Notes under the pieces: generated by a model | Database searches by the model: none | Seen by the model: only the letters and a program-made list of their open reading frames with translations | What the model was told of the DNA's origin: nothing | Translations under genes and position numbers: made by a program | Assembly: GCA_965235115.1 (NCBI GenBank) | Contig: OZ249436.1 | Span: 23,934,001 to 23,998,000, forward strand | Direction of reading: 5' to 3' | Source of the DNA: Laetmonice hystrix | Taxonomy: Eukaryota | DNA: 64,000 bases | Shown: piece by piece, positions 14,480-28,430 of the stretch | Position numbering within the stretch: the stretch's first letter is position 1 | Layout of the letters: the number at the start of each line of letters is the position of its first letter

Positions 14480-15735
14480 TGAATTCTCTTTTTTTCTTAA
14501 TTTACATAAATGATCTTGCCAAAGTATCAAAAATGATGAATCCAATTCTATTTGCAGATGACAGTGATTTCTTCTACACTTATAGAAATAACATTAATCC
14601 AACATCTATTATTAATAATGAGTTAGATAAGATTGTTACTTGGTTAAATCCGAATAAGCTCTCAATTAATATAGAAAAAAACGAATTATATTATCTTTCC
14701 ATGTCATCTCAGTAAATTATCTCACCAGAGCTTAGCACTAAAAATAAATGGCCAACCAATCGAAGAGGTAACGCAAACTGAATTCTTAGGGTATATAATC
14801 GAATCTAACTTGACATGGCAATCCCATATAAAATATATCTGCAACAAAGTTCAAAATCAGTTGGAATAATTGGAAGTCTCGATCAACCCTTGACCAATAT
14901 ATTCTTATAAGGTTATATTACTCTTTTCTTTACCCATACTTACATACGGGTATTACGGTCTGGGGTAGGGCAAATAAAACCCTTCTTTCCAAATTGTTTG
15001 TTCTTCAAAAGAAAGTTATCAGACTAGTCTTTAATAAACCGCAAAGAACTCATTCATTACCACTATATAAGGAGGCTAAAATACTTCCACTTGAACAAAT
15101 TTACCACCTTTCAGTTGCCGGTTATATGTTTAAAATACATCATAATTTAGCTCCTGGCGTCTTATGTAATCTTTTTAATAAAAGATATCAATTAAATACC
15201 AGAAACACTCGGCAGCCTGACCACTACATTTTACCGGCAATAGGAGGACAAATTCTCGAACGATCTCTCTTTTTCCAAGGTCCGAAAATATTCTTATGAA
15301 AGAGGGTAACATTGACCTTAATATTTCGATCCATTGTTTCAGACGGAAAACAAAACAATACTTGTTTGTTAAACTTGAAGCCAGTTAATTCATTCTCATC
15401 TCCTTTCCTCATCATCATCACCATTGTTTTATTTATAATTTTCTACATACATATTCTATCTTTCTCTAGCAACATCACTTATAATACACCATTGTGATAG
15501 TTTTGCATCTATCTATTTAGCAATGTATTGCCGCTTGTATACCCTGTCATTTATACCCTATAGATGTGTCATTTAATTACTTATTAATGTATCTCTGCTT
15601 GTGTCACCATTTAAGTTATATATTATGTTGTAATTTAATAAGGATGTACATAAGTTCATTTTAGAACTTCCTCATCCCTTAATGAATCTGAAACAAGCCT
15701 GCTCCTGAAATAACCAAACTCAAACTCAAACTCAA
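14480..15735 (+). mobile_element. 5'-truncated, frameshifted LINE (CR1/L2-group) with RT C-terminus and 3' tail
   Basis: LFADD RT motif (14533 ORF), LFVLQKKVIRLV and NTRNTRQ C-terminal motifs (14994 ORF), an AT-rich 3' UTR and a terminal (CAAACT)n repeat at 15716-15733. Confidence 0.8.
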
Positions 15736-16649
15736 CACCCCTCTTCTTTGACCCATCTAATTTTATATGCGCCATATGCTAAATACATTTTAGATATATT
15801 TAAATGAGATATAATGGATTTCTACATTCTGTTTAATACTGTCTAAACTGGTATTTTTTAAAACATGAAGCCTTTTGAGTTAGATAAAAAGAATTCTACT
15901 GGCAAATGTCATATAGTTATTCTACCTTTTAAAAAAAATTGAAGTGTCTGAGTAGTTGCCTACATGGTGAAATCCTACCTAGAATGGAAAGCTTTTTTCG
16001 ACGTTTTTCACACATGATCAGTTTTCATGCAGCTACAGCTCAAAAACTATTACTATGATGGGCATTGTTTCTGGTTAAACACAAGCTGGTAATCTACTGA
16101 GGTAAGCTTTGTAATATGAAGATGATCACTTAATACACATTTTGTGTAGAGCACCCTAAAGTTTGAAAAAAATGTTCCGATATGAACAAAATGCCATTTT
16201 CAGTCAGCTATAAAAAATAAAAAAAGCAATTTAGCACAACTTTGATGATTGGCACTGAATATGTGGGTAGGGGACCTTGCACATACCAAATTTCAGCCTG
16301 ATACATGTAACCAATCCTAAGATATAACGCTTTGAAAATGGGAAAAAGCACAAAAATGACTTTTGACATGCACGGTATGCACCGACACACATATTTTAAA
16401 AATTAATATCTGAAAAACTACTGGACGTTGGAGCAAAAAATTTTGTATGCGTTCATTAAACATGTGGAGGTACTTGTAAAAAAAAATTCATAAAAATCTG
16501 AGATGGTCACCTGGGAGGCTCTAGGTGAATCCGCGTGGAATGACCCACTTGCATTTCTGGTCAGATTACCTTTCCAAAAAAAGAACTAAAGAACCAGTGG
16601 TATACCTGAATCTATAGACTTTGTAATTGTTGTATTTGCATGTGGCTAT

Positions 16650-17530
16650 CTTAAACACGTTTCAGGTAGAGCCTGTCAAAGTCAGATTACAGATATTTCA
16701 TCATAACTTAAAAATTATTGGTAAATTTATGAAAAGAATTATGCAAAGTGATCAATCGTCCATAGCAGCACATATCTAATGACCAAATACACGATTCCTA
16801 AATGACTGAAGCAGTTTTAGAAAAAAATGTCAAAAGTGACAAACTTCAAAGTCACGTGGTTCAGCAAAAATAGGTCAAATTGCTTATTCCCAACGTGTTC
16901 AAACAAAGCTCACTATAGAAGGCCTGGCCACCGAAAATTATCATATTTTCTCAAAAAATGGCGGAGGTGATATGATTTGAGCACTTTTGAACATGTGACC
17001 TACTTTTCCATGACATCAAAGGTCAAAGGTCAAAATAATGAAGATTAGTAAAAAGGGTCTTTGCCCGATTACTAGGCTATAAAGAGTTTTGGGAAACTAT
17101 GGATTATGACTTCAAGAAACGCCTATAAGTTTAAAATGCAAAATACATCATGACGTCATGACGTGATGTCGTATGACGTAATAATTATAGAGGTCGATTC
17201 TCTCTACCATGGTGAATGTCCCTGCCAAGTTTCATTTGGATATCTTTATCAATGACTGAGATACACGTGCAAATGCAACTACTCCAACTACGGGAATAAT
17301 AATACGGAAGACGAAACCATACAACTTTAAGATCCCATCCCCCACTTGGGGGATGGGATAATAAGAAGGAAGATGAAACCATACAATTACAAAATCCCAT
17401 TCACCTAGAAGGTGAATGGGATAATAAAAAGGAAGGCGAAACCATACAATTTCAAAATCCCATTCACCTAGAAGGTGAATGGGATAACTGGAGCACTGAT
17501 TGCAGAGCCATACAGGGATCCCATTTCCTA
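16650..17530 (-). mobile_element. HINE on the minus strand with three stacked heads and an upstream tail
   Basis: Heads at ~17290-17360, 17361-17423 and 17424-17487; two use the variant hairpin ATCCCATTCACC/GGTGAATGGGAT. The core carries AGGTCAAAGGTCA. Confidence 0.7.
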
Positions 17531-17634
17531 TCCATATGCAGATACTAAAATGTTTTCAATTATGCTGAAAATGCCTAATTTCGCAAGATGCTTACAATAA
17601 CAACCATCAAAATTCATTGTAAATATTAACAACA

Positions 17635-18961
17635 GACTAGACCCATCGTAGCTAAACCGCAATGGATCCCATCCCTTGGGTGGCATGTCCATATGATTTA
17701 ATGAGGTCATTATATCTTCAATACGTATTATCTCTTGGTGTCAATCAAGAGAGCATGTGTATGACTGCCTATTCGTGTTGAATACTAGCTATGGCTCTAT
17801 TTTGGACGGTTTAGGACTTATGAGCATTAGGAAATGTAAATGACGTCATTGTCATATATGATGTCACCCTACATCGTCATAAAGCTTGGTGGCAATGGAA
17901 ATAGCATGTATGACTTCTTATCCATGTTAAGTGGTAACTATGACCCTATCCTGCACCGAGTTATAGGCCATAGAAGATACCAATGACGTCATTATGACGT
18001 CATACATCACGCTACATCCTAAATCTTGCTGTCAGTTGAAAGTGTATGGATGACTTCCTATTCATGTTCAATAGTAACCATGGCTTTATCTCCCACTGTT
18101 TAGGATTTATAGGCCTTAGAAAATATTGATGACGTCATTATGATGTCATACGTCACGCTACATTCTTAAACTTGGTGTCAGTGGAAAGAGCATGTATGAC
18201 TTCCTATTCGTGTTCAAGGGTAATTATGACCCTATCTTGCACCGTTTTTGTGTTATAGGCCATAGAAGATACCAATGATATCATTATGACATCATACGTC
18301 ACGCGACCTAATAAATGTTGGCGTGAATTAAAACAGCATGCATGACTTCCTATTCGTGTTCAATAGTAACTATGGCCCTATCTGGCACCGTTTCTCAGTT
18401 ATAGACATGTATATCTATATTGACCACTGTTCAAATCGTTCAGGTCACGTGACTCACCGAATACAAGTCAAATCAACTCCGGCAAAGCGTTCCTCTTTGA
18501 AGCTCTCGTTGGAGACCATCCCTGTGGAATTTCAACAAATTTTACTGAAGATTGAGGAAGGAGTAGGGATTTAAGCATTTTCTGACCTTTGACCCAGCTT
18601 TCAGACATGTCAAAGGTCAAAGGTCAAAATATTTCCAATATATGAATTAGGTCCTTGCCCAATTCTGACCGTATCATCAGTTCTTCAAAAGTATCCATAT
18701 TGACCTTGAAAACCGTCCTAATAGCCAGAACACAAATGACGTCATGACGTTACGTCATGTGACGTCATGGCTATGGTTATTAGACTTAAGACTCATGCCA
18801 AATGTCCCCACCAAATTTCATTTAGATTTCTTTCATAGTTACTGAAATATGACCCTTGTTTTACAACAACAATAAGAAGAAGAAGAGGTGAAGAATAATA
18901 ATAGTGTACACGAATTTCGACAACATCAAGATCCCATTTCCCTTGAGGGGAAATGGGATAA
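17635..18961 (-). mobile_element. Complete diverged HINE with internal ~150-bp repeats
   Basis: Head ATCCCATTTCCC-n-GGGAAATGGGAT at 18931-18960, core, degenerate monomers with TGACTTCCTATTC, and a tail GGGATGGGATCC + hairpin + CTAG ending at ~17636. Confidence 0.7.
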
Positions 18962-20398
18962 TAAAGACACTATTAATTATCGTAACGATGTCTAGTTATA
19001 TTACGGCGAGTCTGCGTGTGTGTCCCTACACCAAAGATCAGAATCTTCACTGGAGGTTGCTGCGCAATTGCTAGGCATTGATTAATTACACTTTCTGGAT
19101 TTTCCCGAAAACTGAACCCATCTGGTGGGACTTTCACTTAAATGCTTAAACATAGTCTGACGTAGGCCATATCCAATGACTCGCTCTCATGTGCAGACAA
19201 TTCATATGTCTGCAAGTTTCACCACAGGAGGAGAGCATTTACTTACAACCATTCAGACAGAGACCGTCACTTTCACATAACGCACCATTCAGAGAAGACA
19301 ACATACCAAATTTTACTAACTAGAAGAAGCGATGATTTCCTACATACACCACCATAGGCACAACCATGTTTGACCCATGGGAGCAGCTTTCATTTTTTTT
19401 CTTCTGTTCAAATAACCCCAATAATTTGCCCTCGTTTTTCTTAAGCAGTAGGCCTTACATCAATCCAAGATTTTCAATGTTCGATTTTAGCCTACTGTTC
19501 TAACTTTTAGTCAAAAGTAACATGCTACAGATACAGTATGTATATATTGTACTAGGCAAAACATCCCCAAATAACTCCTACGATCTCTTCATGCGAGTTC
19601 TAGTTTAATGCCTTACTTACCCCATGCCATTATGATATAACGTAGAGGAATGCTGTAAAGGACTGCACAGACAACAGAGAGCACTAGCACTGCCAACCAA
19701 GACAACCATGGCACTGTCCAGTTGAACGTACTGAAACACACAAGATTCACGCATTAAACTGTTGGCAGGATTGGAAACACATACTAATTACGGCATGGCG
19801 CATGATTCAAGGGAGGAGACGTCAGATATTTACCAATCTCATTTTTACATTTTTGTCTTTTTTTTTATATTCATAGATTTTGCTACATTTCTGAGCTATG
19901 AAAGCGCTCATACCACAGTCTTTAAATTCGTTATGAAAGTGCTTCTTGAATTGCACCAAGTAGGACTTGGTGCTATTTGTGCTATTTAATCATCCAATTG
20001 TGGTCAAACTGGCCAATATAGGTTATTCACTTGGAGGCACAACCTTCTAACACATAAAACTTTGAAAGCCCAACCATATTCTTAGTAGTTTTAACAAGTC
20101 TTTTGCTAAGTATATGATTGCATGAGAATTAAGCATGAGAGATGGATGTTAAATGCGCGAGTCTCACACTCAAGATGTGAGAGTTGGTAGATCTGTTAGA
20201 CTTCATGAACTTTTTTTTTCTTATTGGCCGGCCTAGCCTAGGCCTACATTTAGACTCTACAATGACAATTTATGTGTAAACTATGTATGCTAACCATGCC
20301 CCAAATGTCTAACAGATACCTTTTAATAGATTTTGTCAGGCCTATCCTTCATTATTCCTCAGACTGCCGTGGCCCTGGAGCCTCTGCTCCTGGGCCAG

Positions 20399-20715
20399 GG
20401 GCCTGTTTCATAAACAGCATGAAAAAAGTCACGTAGTTAACGTAAGTGCAAAAAAAATAACGTAACCACTAACGTGCCAAATTTTGTTTCGTTTCATAAA
20501 GCACCTCGTTAATTTGAGGCACATACGTTAATAATATGCACGCAGACAGCGTAAATTACGTACATTACGTACATTACGTAAATTAGCACCGCTCCAGAAG
20601 TGCTGCTTAAAGGAAATTCCGTGATGACGTCATTTCCAGTGGGGATTTCATAAAAAGCGTGAAAAAAGTTACGCAGTTAACGTAAGTCCAAAAAGATAAC
20701 GTAGACCACTAACAG
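20399..20715. mobile_element. Harbinger-type MITE left end (truncated)
   Basis: CAG|GGGCCTGTTTCATAAA terminus, the same TIR family as 31413/42339, with subterminal repeats. No right TIR found. Confidence 0.45.
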
Positions 20716-22526
20716 TATTGCTGGACAAATTTTTCTGTGTCAATCCATCAATACGCACTTTACTTAGACAACTTCACAAGCAATGTAGCACACTTAAGCA
20801 TTCCTAGAATCACCCGTCACTTGCTTAAGTATGACTGCGAGCATCAAAATCTGAGTCTGCCATGAACCATGCTCAAGTACACACTAAAGCAAGCCATCAT
20901 GCTCAGCCTCATACCCACACGTACTCAGGCAAAGAACATGAGGACACCAGACGATATCGGACCTACCGATACAGGTCGGACCTAGCGATACAGGCAATAT
21001 GAACAAAAGACCTATGATCCAAACAACGCCCTCCAGGGTAAATCTTCAGGTGGAAGTACATGAAAAATTTCGATTCGGGCAGGACATGATCACGTGTCTG
21101 TGCTGCATCATCAAAAACACAGCGACCGGGGGTTGCAGGTGGCCTGCCAGCCCTACACTAATATAAGTGCTCATCTAGGTTCCTCGGCATGCAGTGGCGT
21201 CAGTTTCTTTTGAAAGTATGTGTGGGGGGAGGGTCTTGAAACCTTCCAGGTTTTTTTATTGTGACATTTTAAGGGGATGCTTTGTGAAAGAGGCAAAAAG
21301 CAAAGGTAGGGACTCAAGGTAGGGAAAAAATCCACTTTATGTGTATAGAAAAACAGAAAAATGTCTTTCTTTGATGGATTTTATTTAAACATATTTATGT
21401 AAATTTTCCAAATACACATAAACGCCTCTCAGGACATTCTGACACAACAACATTTGCAACAATATTTCATGTGCATCTTGTCCAGTCTGTCTTTGTGCAC
21501 ATGGAGGCACATGAGATGAAAAAATAAAATGAAAAAAAAACAGACTCTTTGCATTTTGGACCAGCAGAAACATCTATACTTCTCCTTTCTTGCTAAAAAG
21601 TGCCTGACTCCTCACATCCTTTTTGCCTCATTGAAAGTCCAGACTTTTAAAGAAAATTCTTTTTTTGCAGTCAAACTACTTACGATTTAGTTAACTTTGA
21701 TTTTCTTATGTATATGTATATAAGTGTTGGGGGATCGATAAATTGAACTAGCCAGTATATCCCTCCAAAAATCTGACTAGCAAGCCAAACAAAGTGAAAA
21801 AGTGGGGGATTGCCCCCAACGCTGCCACTGCTCTCATGTTTTCAAAACCAATACAGTTTATGTATAGTATCTTTACTTGAACTGTTATCTACGCATTGAA
21901 AAGTGTTTTATAGTAACTCTGGTTCTAACCTGAACCATTTACAACTTATAGCCCTGAGAAAATATGAATGATATCCTTATGACATCACCGGTCACGTGAC
22001 CGAAAAAAAAACAATGGTGCCAAATGAAAGAGCATGACTTCATATTCGTGTCTAATAGTAACTATGGCTCTAACTTCAACCAATTACAAGTTAGGCCAAA
22101 AAAAATCCCGGTTTCTGGTCCAAAGAACATTTCAAAAGTGTTGTGTGTGGTGACGCAGTTTTTTTTTTTTAAGATTTTTTTTTTGTGACAGCTGGCTAAA
22201 ATGGTAAGCCTCATACGAATTATCATGTAAAATGAACTCGTAAACAAGGACCATGACCTTTGCTCTCATCGCTTTGCATACAACACACTTCCGTTGCAGT
22301 GTTGATGAAATATCCATTACAACAATGGTTAGTTTCAAGCCTTACCACTAGGTGGCAGCACAATTCACAGATGAGGGCAAGAAAAAAAGCACTGATGCGC
22401 GGCACCTGAAGTGATGCGTGCATGGCCTTATATCGCTGAGAAAATATGGATGACATCGTTATAACGTCATAGGTGACATGACCTGAAAAATAATGGTGCC
22501 GAATGGAAGAGCATATGACTTCCTAT

Positions 22527-23990
22527 AGGGAGCCAAAGTCTCGGACATGCGCAGTCGCATGGTGTCAGTCCATTATCGCCCACTCATTGACTTTGGCTTG
22601 GGTCTAGACGGAGTATCGTCCCCAGTGTAGGGACGGACAGCGTTAACCCGAAAAACCCTACCTCCGATGTCAATCACTCGCTCTGCAAAATCCATCGTAA
22701 CTACTGCCAGTTGAGGTGTCAACTCTAACGCAGCCCATCTTCTGTTCCTCTGCTGCACACTTTTCCGAGGATTTTTGCCCAAAGTTTTAATAAATCAGAC
22801 TTCCGAAATTGCGAATCGCGCTGGTTCACTGCCGTTAGCTGCCATACTGTTTGTTCTACTGCGCATGTTCAAAACACGCACACTGGCGACCAGCAGGGGA
22901 GCATTTATTATTCTAGACCAAACAGCAATTCTTCCATTATGGCGCCAAACTAGTAGCCAACGTTTGAAATGACTGCTCCCTTCGTGAGCTTGACCCCGGA
23001 TGTGGATTTACAGAAATGGCGCCGGTTGTAAGACTATGGAAAGTGGTCGATTGGTTTGGAAAATTGGCCGAATCTGTTGCTTAGAGGAACACCAAGTAAG
23101 TTCATTGGGCTCAGTAGCTGAAGGTAAAGGCAATCTTTTATTTGAAGTGATGGAAGAGGTGATGGCACACATTCATTTTGCGGGTTGAACGTTTGGTCTC
23201 GTAGCCCGTTCGCTAGAGGATAGGCCGTGTATACACACGGCCTATGTTAGAGGCTAGCTTGGGTCAAGCCAGGCCCCAATAAAAACGGCACATTAGAAAT
23301 ACTAAACCACAACTCTTAATTTTAGAATCTATCCAGACCGAATTTTACAGTAATCCTCGATCTATAAAAGTATATGGCATTCACATCTGTTACTTAATCT
23401 TTTCAAGATTTACGGAAAAACTGTCAGATTACGAGGGTACGAAATTGTAACGTCACAAACTTCACCGATCTCCGGCGATGACAGTGCTTGAATTAAGAAA
23501 GGGGGGACCTTGCTATACAATTCTAAGTCAGTGACATTGTTTGGTTCAATATTGTATCCCCTTATGTCACGTTTCAACGTTCTTGCTTGTGTATTTTAGC
23601 AGTTAGAGACGTTTGAACTGGCGAAGCGAAGCACCGTCCGCCATTAATATTTAGGCCCGTTATGATCACGTTCCAAATGACCATTGTGACGTAGCGCTAT
23701 TGTGCATTGTTCCTGACGTCGCTGATTGGGTCTCTCGATTTTAATTCTAATTAATTGATTTTAAAATATCTAAGAGTTTGCTAGGGCACCGAACATTTTT
23801 CTAAGCCTTTCCTACATTCTGTTTCACAGTCTAACCCTCCTTTCTGATCAAAATAGTCACCCCAGCAAGTGTAGTCATGGGTTGAATACAGACGTCCTAT
23901 CTGTGCCTATGTTAAGCGATAATAGGGTGACACCACTGCGCCGTTTTCACGCGTTTTCACGCACTTTGGCGTGAGTTACTTTGGCTCCCT
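22527..23990. mobile_element. Non-autonomous TIR element with AT TSD (ISL2EU-like), inserted in a HINE monomer
   Basis: AT|AGGGAGCCAAAGT ... ACTTTGGCTCCCT|AT. The flanks rejoin as HINE TTCCTATTAGT. Its right ~730 bp is homologous to 53643-54557. Confidence 0.65.
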
Positions 23991-24240
23991 ATTAGTTCTC
24001 TGCCACTAGGTGTCTATCGGTCGATGCAAGAGACAGACTGGTTCCCTGCCGAGGAATATGGCAGGGAACCAGCCAGGGGGAGGGATTCCCGTGACTTCAC
24101 ACTCCATGGGACGTCCCCTACGCGTGATTCGGCAAACTTCCACCAGAGGTCCCCAGAGTACGGGCATGCGCAGTTTGGTGTTTCGGCACCATTATAGCCG
24201 TAAACATCCGGCTGTCCACAACCTGCCACGGCTGGCAAGT

Positions 24241-27200
24241 CAGGGGTGGGCAAACGGTCGCCACATCGCCACAAGTGGCGACAGGACGAATATGTGTGGC
24301 GATAACGTCGCCACAAGCTAATTTTGGCTGTGGCGACTACAACTTAAAAACAACCTGTGGTCGCCATACATGCAAAGATTGAGCAATGATTAGAAGAATA
24401 AAACCATGACTTGCCGCTTTTTCGTGACCATGGAGATGAAAAATATATGTGACGTCAACAATCTTTGTAACGATTGTTAAGTAGTTTTTATTGTTACGTA
24501 GACAATTCAGTGACGTGTAACAAACAGAACACGTCACAATCGTTTACGTGAATGCATGCACAACGTCAAGGGATCCCCAGGGCTTTGCTGCATTTCAATT
24601 TTCATGTAGATCTACTATGATGTAGGGAGGCCTAGTCCATCCTGAACTAGTGAAGGGTCATCATGAAGCGCCAAAATTCTCTGATCACAAATTTCTTTTG
24701 TACGCCCAAACAGCCAAGGCAGACTCTGACAAGTAAGTAGGCCGGTTGATTGCATAGATAGGGCCATCATAGGCGTCTAGCAGTGGGCCGGGGAGTAGCA
24801 CTGTACTGTAGTCTGTAGCTTGACATCCCGGGCTTGACATAGCACATTACTCATTAGCAGTGACGTAGCACTGACATTGACACTGACTGTCAAAGTTACT
24901 GAGTTTGAATTGTTTATGCCCCCCCTTCTCTCACTGGGTTGCATAATATAGCCTTATTAGGCTTATACTATAGTCGGCTAGGCCTAGGCCGGGCTAGAAT
25001 GGGTTAGGCCTACATACTGAAAATGTGTGCTTCGACCGTGTAACGGTCAATACTACAATAGTAGGCATGTGCCCCCCCTTTAGGATTTTTTAAATACGCC
25101 ACTGCTTGGTGGAGGGCTCAGGGGTCCAGAGGGCTCAGCCCCGGCCTAACCCTAAGCCAAGGGACCATTTATTTTCTGAGATCTTCGAGAAAGCCTGCTG
25201 GTTCCCGCCAACCTCCGCTCCAACACTCCAACAGTGTCCGCTAGAGGTCTCTGAAGAGCATCAGAGACCTCTAGCGGAGGTCGGCGGCAAAAGTTCCGGA
25301 CTTTTCTTCATTTTGCGTTCCCATGCCTGATTTTTAAAATAATTTCCATTGAAAGCTCAGTTGATGGTGGTCAAATTGATCCCCGTCAAAGGCGATCAAG
25401 GGGTCAAAATGGTTTCAAATGGTTGAAAAGGTTCTACCTGCCATATCATAGTTTTGTAACACATAGGCCTACCCTTACGTTCAGTTTTGTGTCACTGACA
25501 CTCAGTCATATGTACAATTTGGTGTTGGTTGCAGATACTGACCCACACCTTGATCTCTCTGGTGATCATGACGACCCCACTGTGCTTAGGCCTACTGGTT
25601 CTCGACAATCTGAAGCAACTCGTCCATCTCCAGATGCTGATAGTCCAATAGCCACAAGTCCCACCCCCTTAGGCTTAGCCAGTGGGAAAAAGGTCGTGAA
25701 TGGAGACTTGTCAATAAAACAAGAAAATTCAGTACATCCTGGAATGTTGATTACTTCGTGGAAGAATTGCCTGGATTAGACCAAGTGGTCTGTCTCCTTT
25801 GTTCTACAACTACAATGTAAAACACACAACATAAGGAAACATGCAGAGAAAAAGCACAATTCAAGCATTATTCTGCCAAGACAACACAGGGAATCTTTGT
25901 ATCACAGGCTTTCCCAGCAGTACAAAGTTTCCCAGAAGGTCACCGGGAAACTAATAGAGTCTGGAAAACTGGCTCTGAGAGCTGAATCTGTTTTGGCATA
26001 CACTGTTGTAGATGCTAAGATGCCTTTTGCTGCATCTGAACATTTTGTTACCTTCGCTACTCTTGCTGATCCTCTCAGCCATGTGCTTAGTGACATGGGA
26101 CAAATCCGGCGCACAATGACACGGAGACTGGATGATCTGAATGAATATTTAGTAGAGGAAGAGTTGAAACCTAAACTGCAAAATTCTCCCTATCTGGGTG
26201 TGCAAATAGATGATTCACTGGACAAGGCTGTCCATGAACAATGTATAGTATATGTTAGACTTCTCAACTTCCGAGACTTCATTGTTGAGACACAGATGTT
26301 GGCTATTGTGAGAATCACTGGTGCGCCAACAGCAGAAGCTATTTTCAGTTCCATCAATACCATGTGCCATTCAATGAATGTGCCGACTGAAAGGGTTTCA
26401 TGTTTTACAGCTGACGGAGCCAGTGTCATGCAGGGTAAGAAGAACAGTGTTGCAACAAGAGTGAAGAATATCTGGAACCCTAATATCTTGATCCAACATT
26501 GTGTTGTACACAAAGAAGTGCTGTGCACAAAGGAAGCAGTTAAGAAACTACCTGGATTTGTAGAACAATTGATTGATGACATCTTGAGAGCTTTTAAAAT
26601 GAGCTCAAAGAACATCACCAAGTTTGAAAGATTGGTTAAAATGATAGATCCACAGAAGATCACGGGTAAGCTTGTCCAGTACTGCAAATGTCGCTGGTTG
26701 TCCTTGCGAAAATGTGTGGACAGGATATGGAATCTCTTCGATGAACTTGTGCAGTTCTTCTTGGATGAAGGTAGAGATCCTGGCAATAACAAGATGCAAA
26801 AAAAGTGTGCTCAAGACCTCTTTGACCGCATGAATGACCCAAAGTTCAAGCTCTACTTATCGTTCCTTGTAGATGTGTTGCCTCTGTTGGATAACATCAA
26901 TCTTGAACTGCAGAAGGACAACCAAAACATGTACTACACATATCAGAAGCTGGACAGCTTCATTTGTGGCTTTGGTAGTCATGTCCTGATCGATCCCAGG
27001 GGTGAGCTTGAAGACAAGAATATCATCACAGCAGATGAGATTAAGTTCCCCGGGCAACACTTCAATAGGCTTATTATTGATTACGAACAGTCTGATCTCA
27101 CTGATATTGAGCTGGATGAAATCAAAGTGAACTGTCATGCATACATGCTGGCTGTTGTTGGAGAGTTCCGACGGAGATTTCCTGAAATGGAAAGAGTTCT

Positions 27201-27790
27201 GTCTCTCTACAGTTTCATTGATCCTAGGAGCAGAATGGTGAAAAGGATAGACATTGAAGCCCTTCAAAAGCAGGGTCCAGATGGAGACCTAGTACAACTT
27301 GAAGCCGAGTATGCTCGTAACAGATATGACAGTAGTGTGGGTGAAACCTTCAATCAGTGTGATTCTAATCTTGTGAAGTTTTGGGACACAATGCAGAGGG
27401 AAGGCTATCCAGAACTTGCAAATATGGCATTTTCTATCCTCGTCATGTCCCCAGACACAGTCACTTGTGAAAGGGGATTCTCAGTAATGAAACATGTAAA
27501 AAATGACAAAAGGACAACTTTAACCCAAGAACACCTCAATGCTGCACTAAGAGTTGGACTGGATAAAAGGTCCCCACAGGAGTTCCCATTTGATGCTGTT
27601 GTGCATCATCATGACCATAAGTAGATGATAAGTATAAGTAGATATTGCTTTATGGGCTACCATTAGACATAGTAATCTCGGGATACCATGCAAGGTATGG
27701 GCAGTATAATATAATTACTGTACATGTATATGAATGAAATCATAAATAAATTTATCCGCCTTTTCCAAGTTCGGGGATATCCATATTAAT
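24241..27790 (+). mobile_element. hAT (Charlie/Buster-like) transposon; left TIR present, right end not found
   Basis: CAGGGGTGGGCAAAC terminus at 24241 with subterminal TGGCGAC/GTCGCCA repeats, a downstream transposase, and AATAAA at ~27745. Confidence 0.65.
25897..27624 (+). CDS. hAT-family transposase (ZNF862/GTF2IRD2-like); catalytic core open, N-terminal Zn-finger frameshifted
   Basis: Motifs GVQIDDSLD (D), FTADGASVM (D), HCVVH (CxxH), CRWLS, and TVTCERGFS (E, hATC dimerization domain). Upstream RKFSTSW..YF..VCLLC / KHAEKKH Zn-finger pieces (25721-25860) lie in different frames. Confidence 0.88.
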   Translation: MYHRLSQQYKVSQKVTGKLIESGKLALRAESVLAYTVVDAKMPFAASEHFVTFATLADPLSHVLSDMGQIRRTMTRRLDDLNEYLVEEELKPKLQNSPYLGVQIDDSLDKAVHEQCIVYVRLLNFRDFIVETQMLAIVRITGAPTAEAIFSSINTMCHSMNVPTERVSCFTADGASVMQGKKNSVATRVKNIWNPNILIQHCVVHKEVLCTKEAVKKLPGFVEQLIDDILRAFKMSSKNITKFERLVKMIDPQKITGKLVQYCKCRWLSLRKCVDRIWNLFDELVQFFLDEGRDPGNNKMQKKCAQDLFDRMNDPKFKLYLSFLVDVLPLLDNINLELQKDNQNMYYTYQKLDSFICGFGSHVLIDPRGELEDKNIITADEIKFPGQHFNRLIIDYEQSDLTDIELDEIKVNCHAYMLAVVGEFRRRFPEMERVLSLYSFIDPRSRMVKRIDIEALQKQGPDGDLVQLEAEYARNRYDSSVGETFNQCDSNLVKFWDTMQREGYPELANMAFSILVMSPDTVTCERGFSVMKHVKNDKRTTLTQEHLNAALRVGLDKRSPQEFPFDAVVHHHDHK

Positions 27791-28430
27791 TATGTAAAAC
27801 ATTTTTTGTTATGTTAAAGACCCCACACACCCCCTGTAACGCTTTCTGTAATGGCTGACAGTCACTGTAACTTCAGTCAACCTCCTGCTGATGAAGTGCA
27901 CCGGTTGGATCCCTTTCTCTTGGGTCAAAGTAAGCCATGGTTTGTGGGCTGGTGAAGGCTTCCTTCAGCCTCCTGAAAGCGTGTTCCTCTTCACTACCCC
28001 ATGTGAACTTGGTGTCATGGCATGTTAACTTCAGTGAAGCATACTGTGGTATGAAATTGTCCAGATATGCCTAAGAAGCTCTTCATTTCTTCCTTTGACT
28101 GCGGTGCGTGCCACCACCGCCTTAAAGATTTACACCACCGCACCGCTAAGCAAAGTTCCTAACTTCGTGATATATTTTTTGCTTTTGGGACTGCAATATA
28201 ACAAATTCATTAGATGTTTGGGCCACCCTAGCGTCAGCTCTGTATACACACTGAGCTGACGAGTTGGCTACGATTGATCCAGTTGCTAGTAGACCTACTG
28301 TTAAACTTTCTGCTTCTCACAACGGCTCTTTCTCAAAGTCAATCGTCGTACAGAGCTAGCCATTTTTTCTTTGGGGAAATGTTATCATAGACATTTACAT
28401 ATTTTAATATAACTTTGTTTTTCTATGGGA

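Noticed and set aside
22573..22782. 69-aa basic ORF as a host or viral gene
   Set aside because: Short, with a non-ATG start, inside a non-autonomous element, and with no recognisable domain.
26190..27267. Antisense ORFs of 200 and 136 aa
   Set aside because: Shadow frames of the hAT transposase with no independent motifs.
28216..28230. Right TIR of the 24241 hAT element
   Set aside because: TTTGGGCCACCCTA does not match CAGGGGTGGGCAAAC well, there is no TSD match, and it lies within a separate insert in the Gypsy relic.
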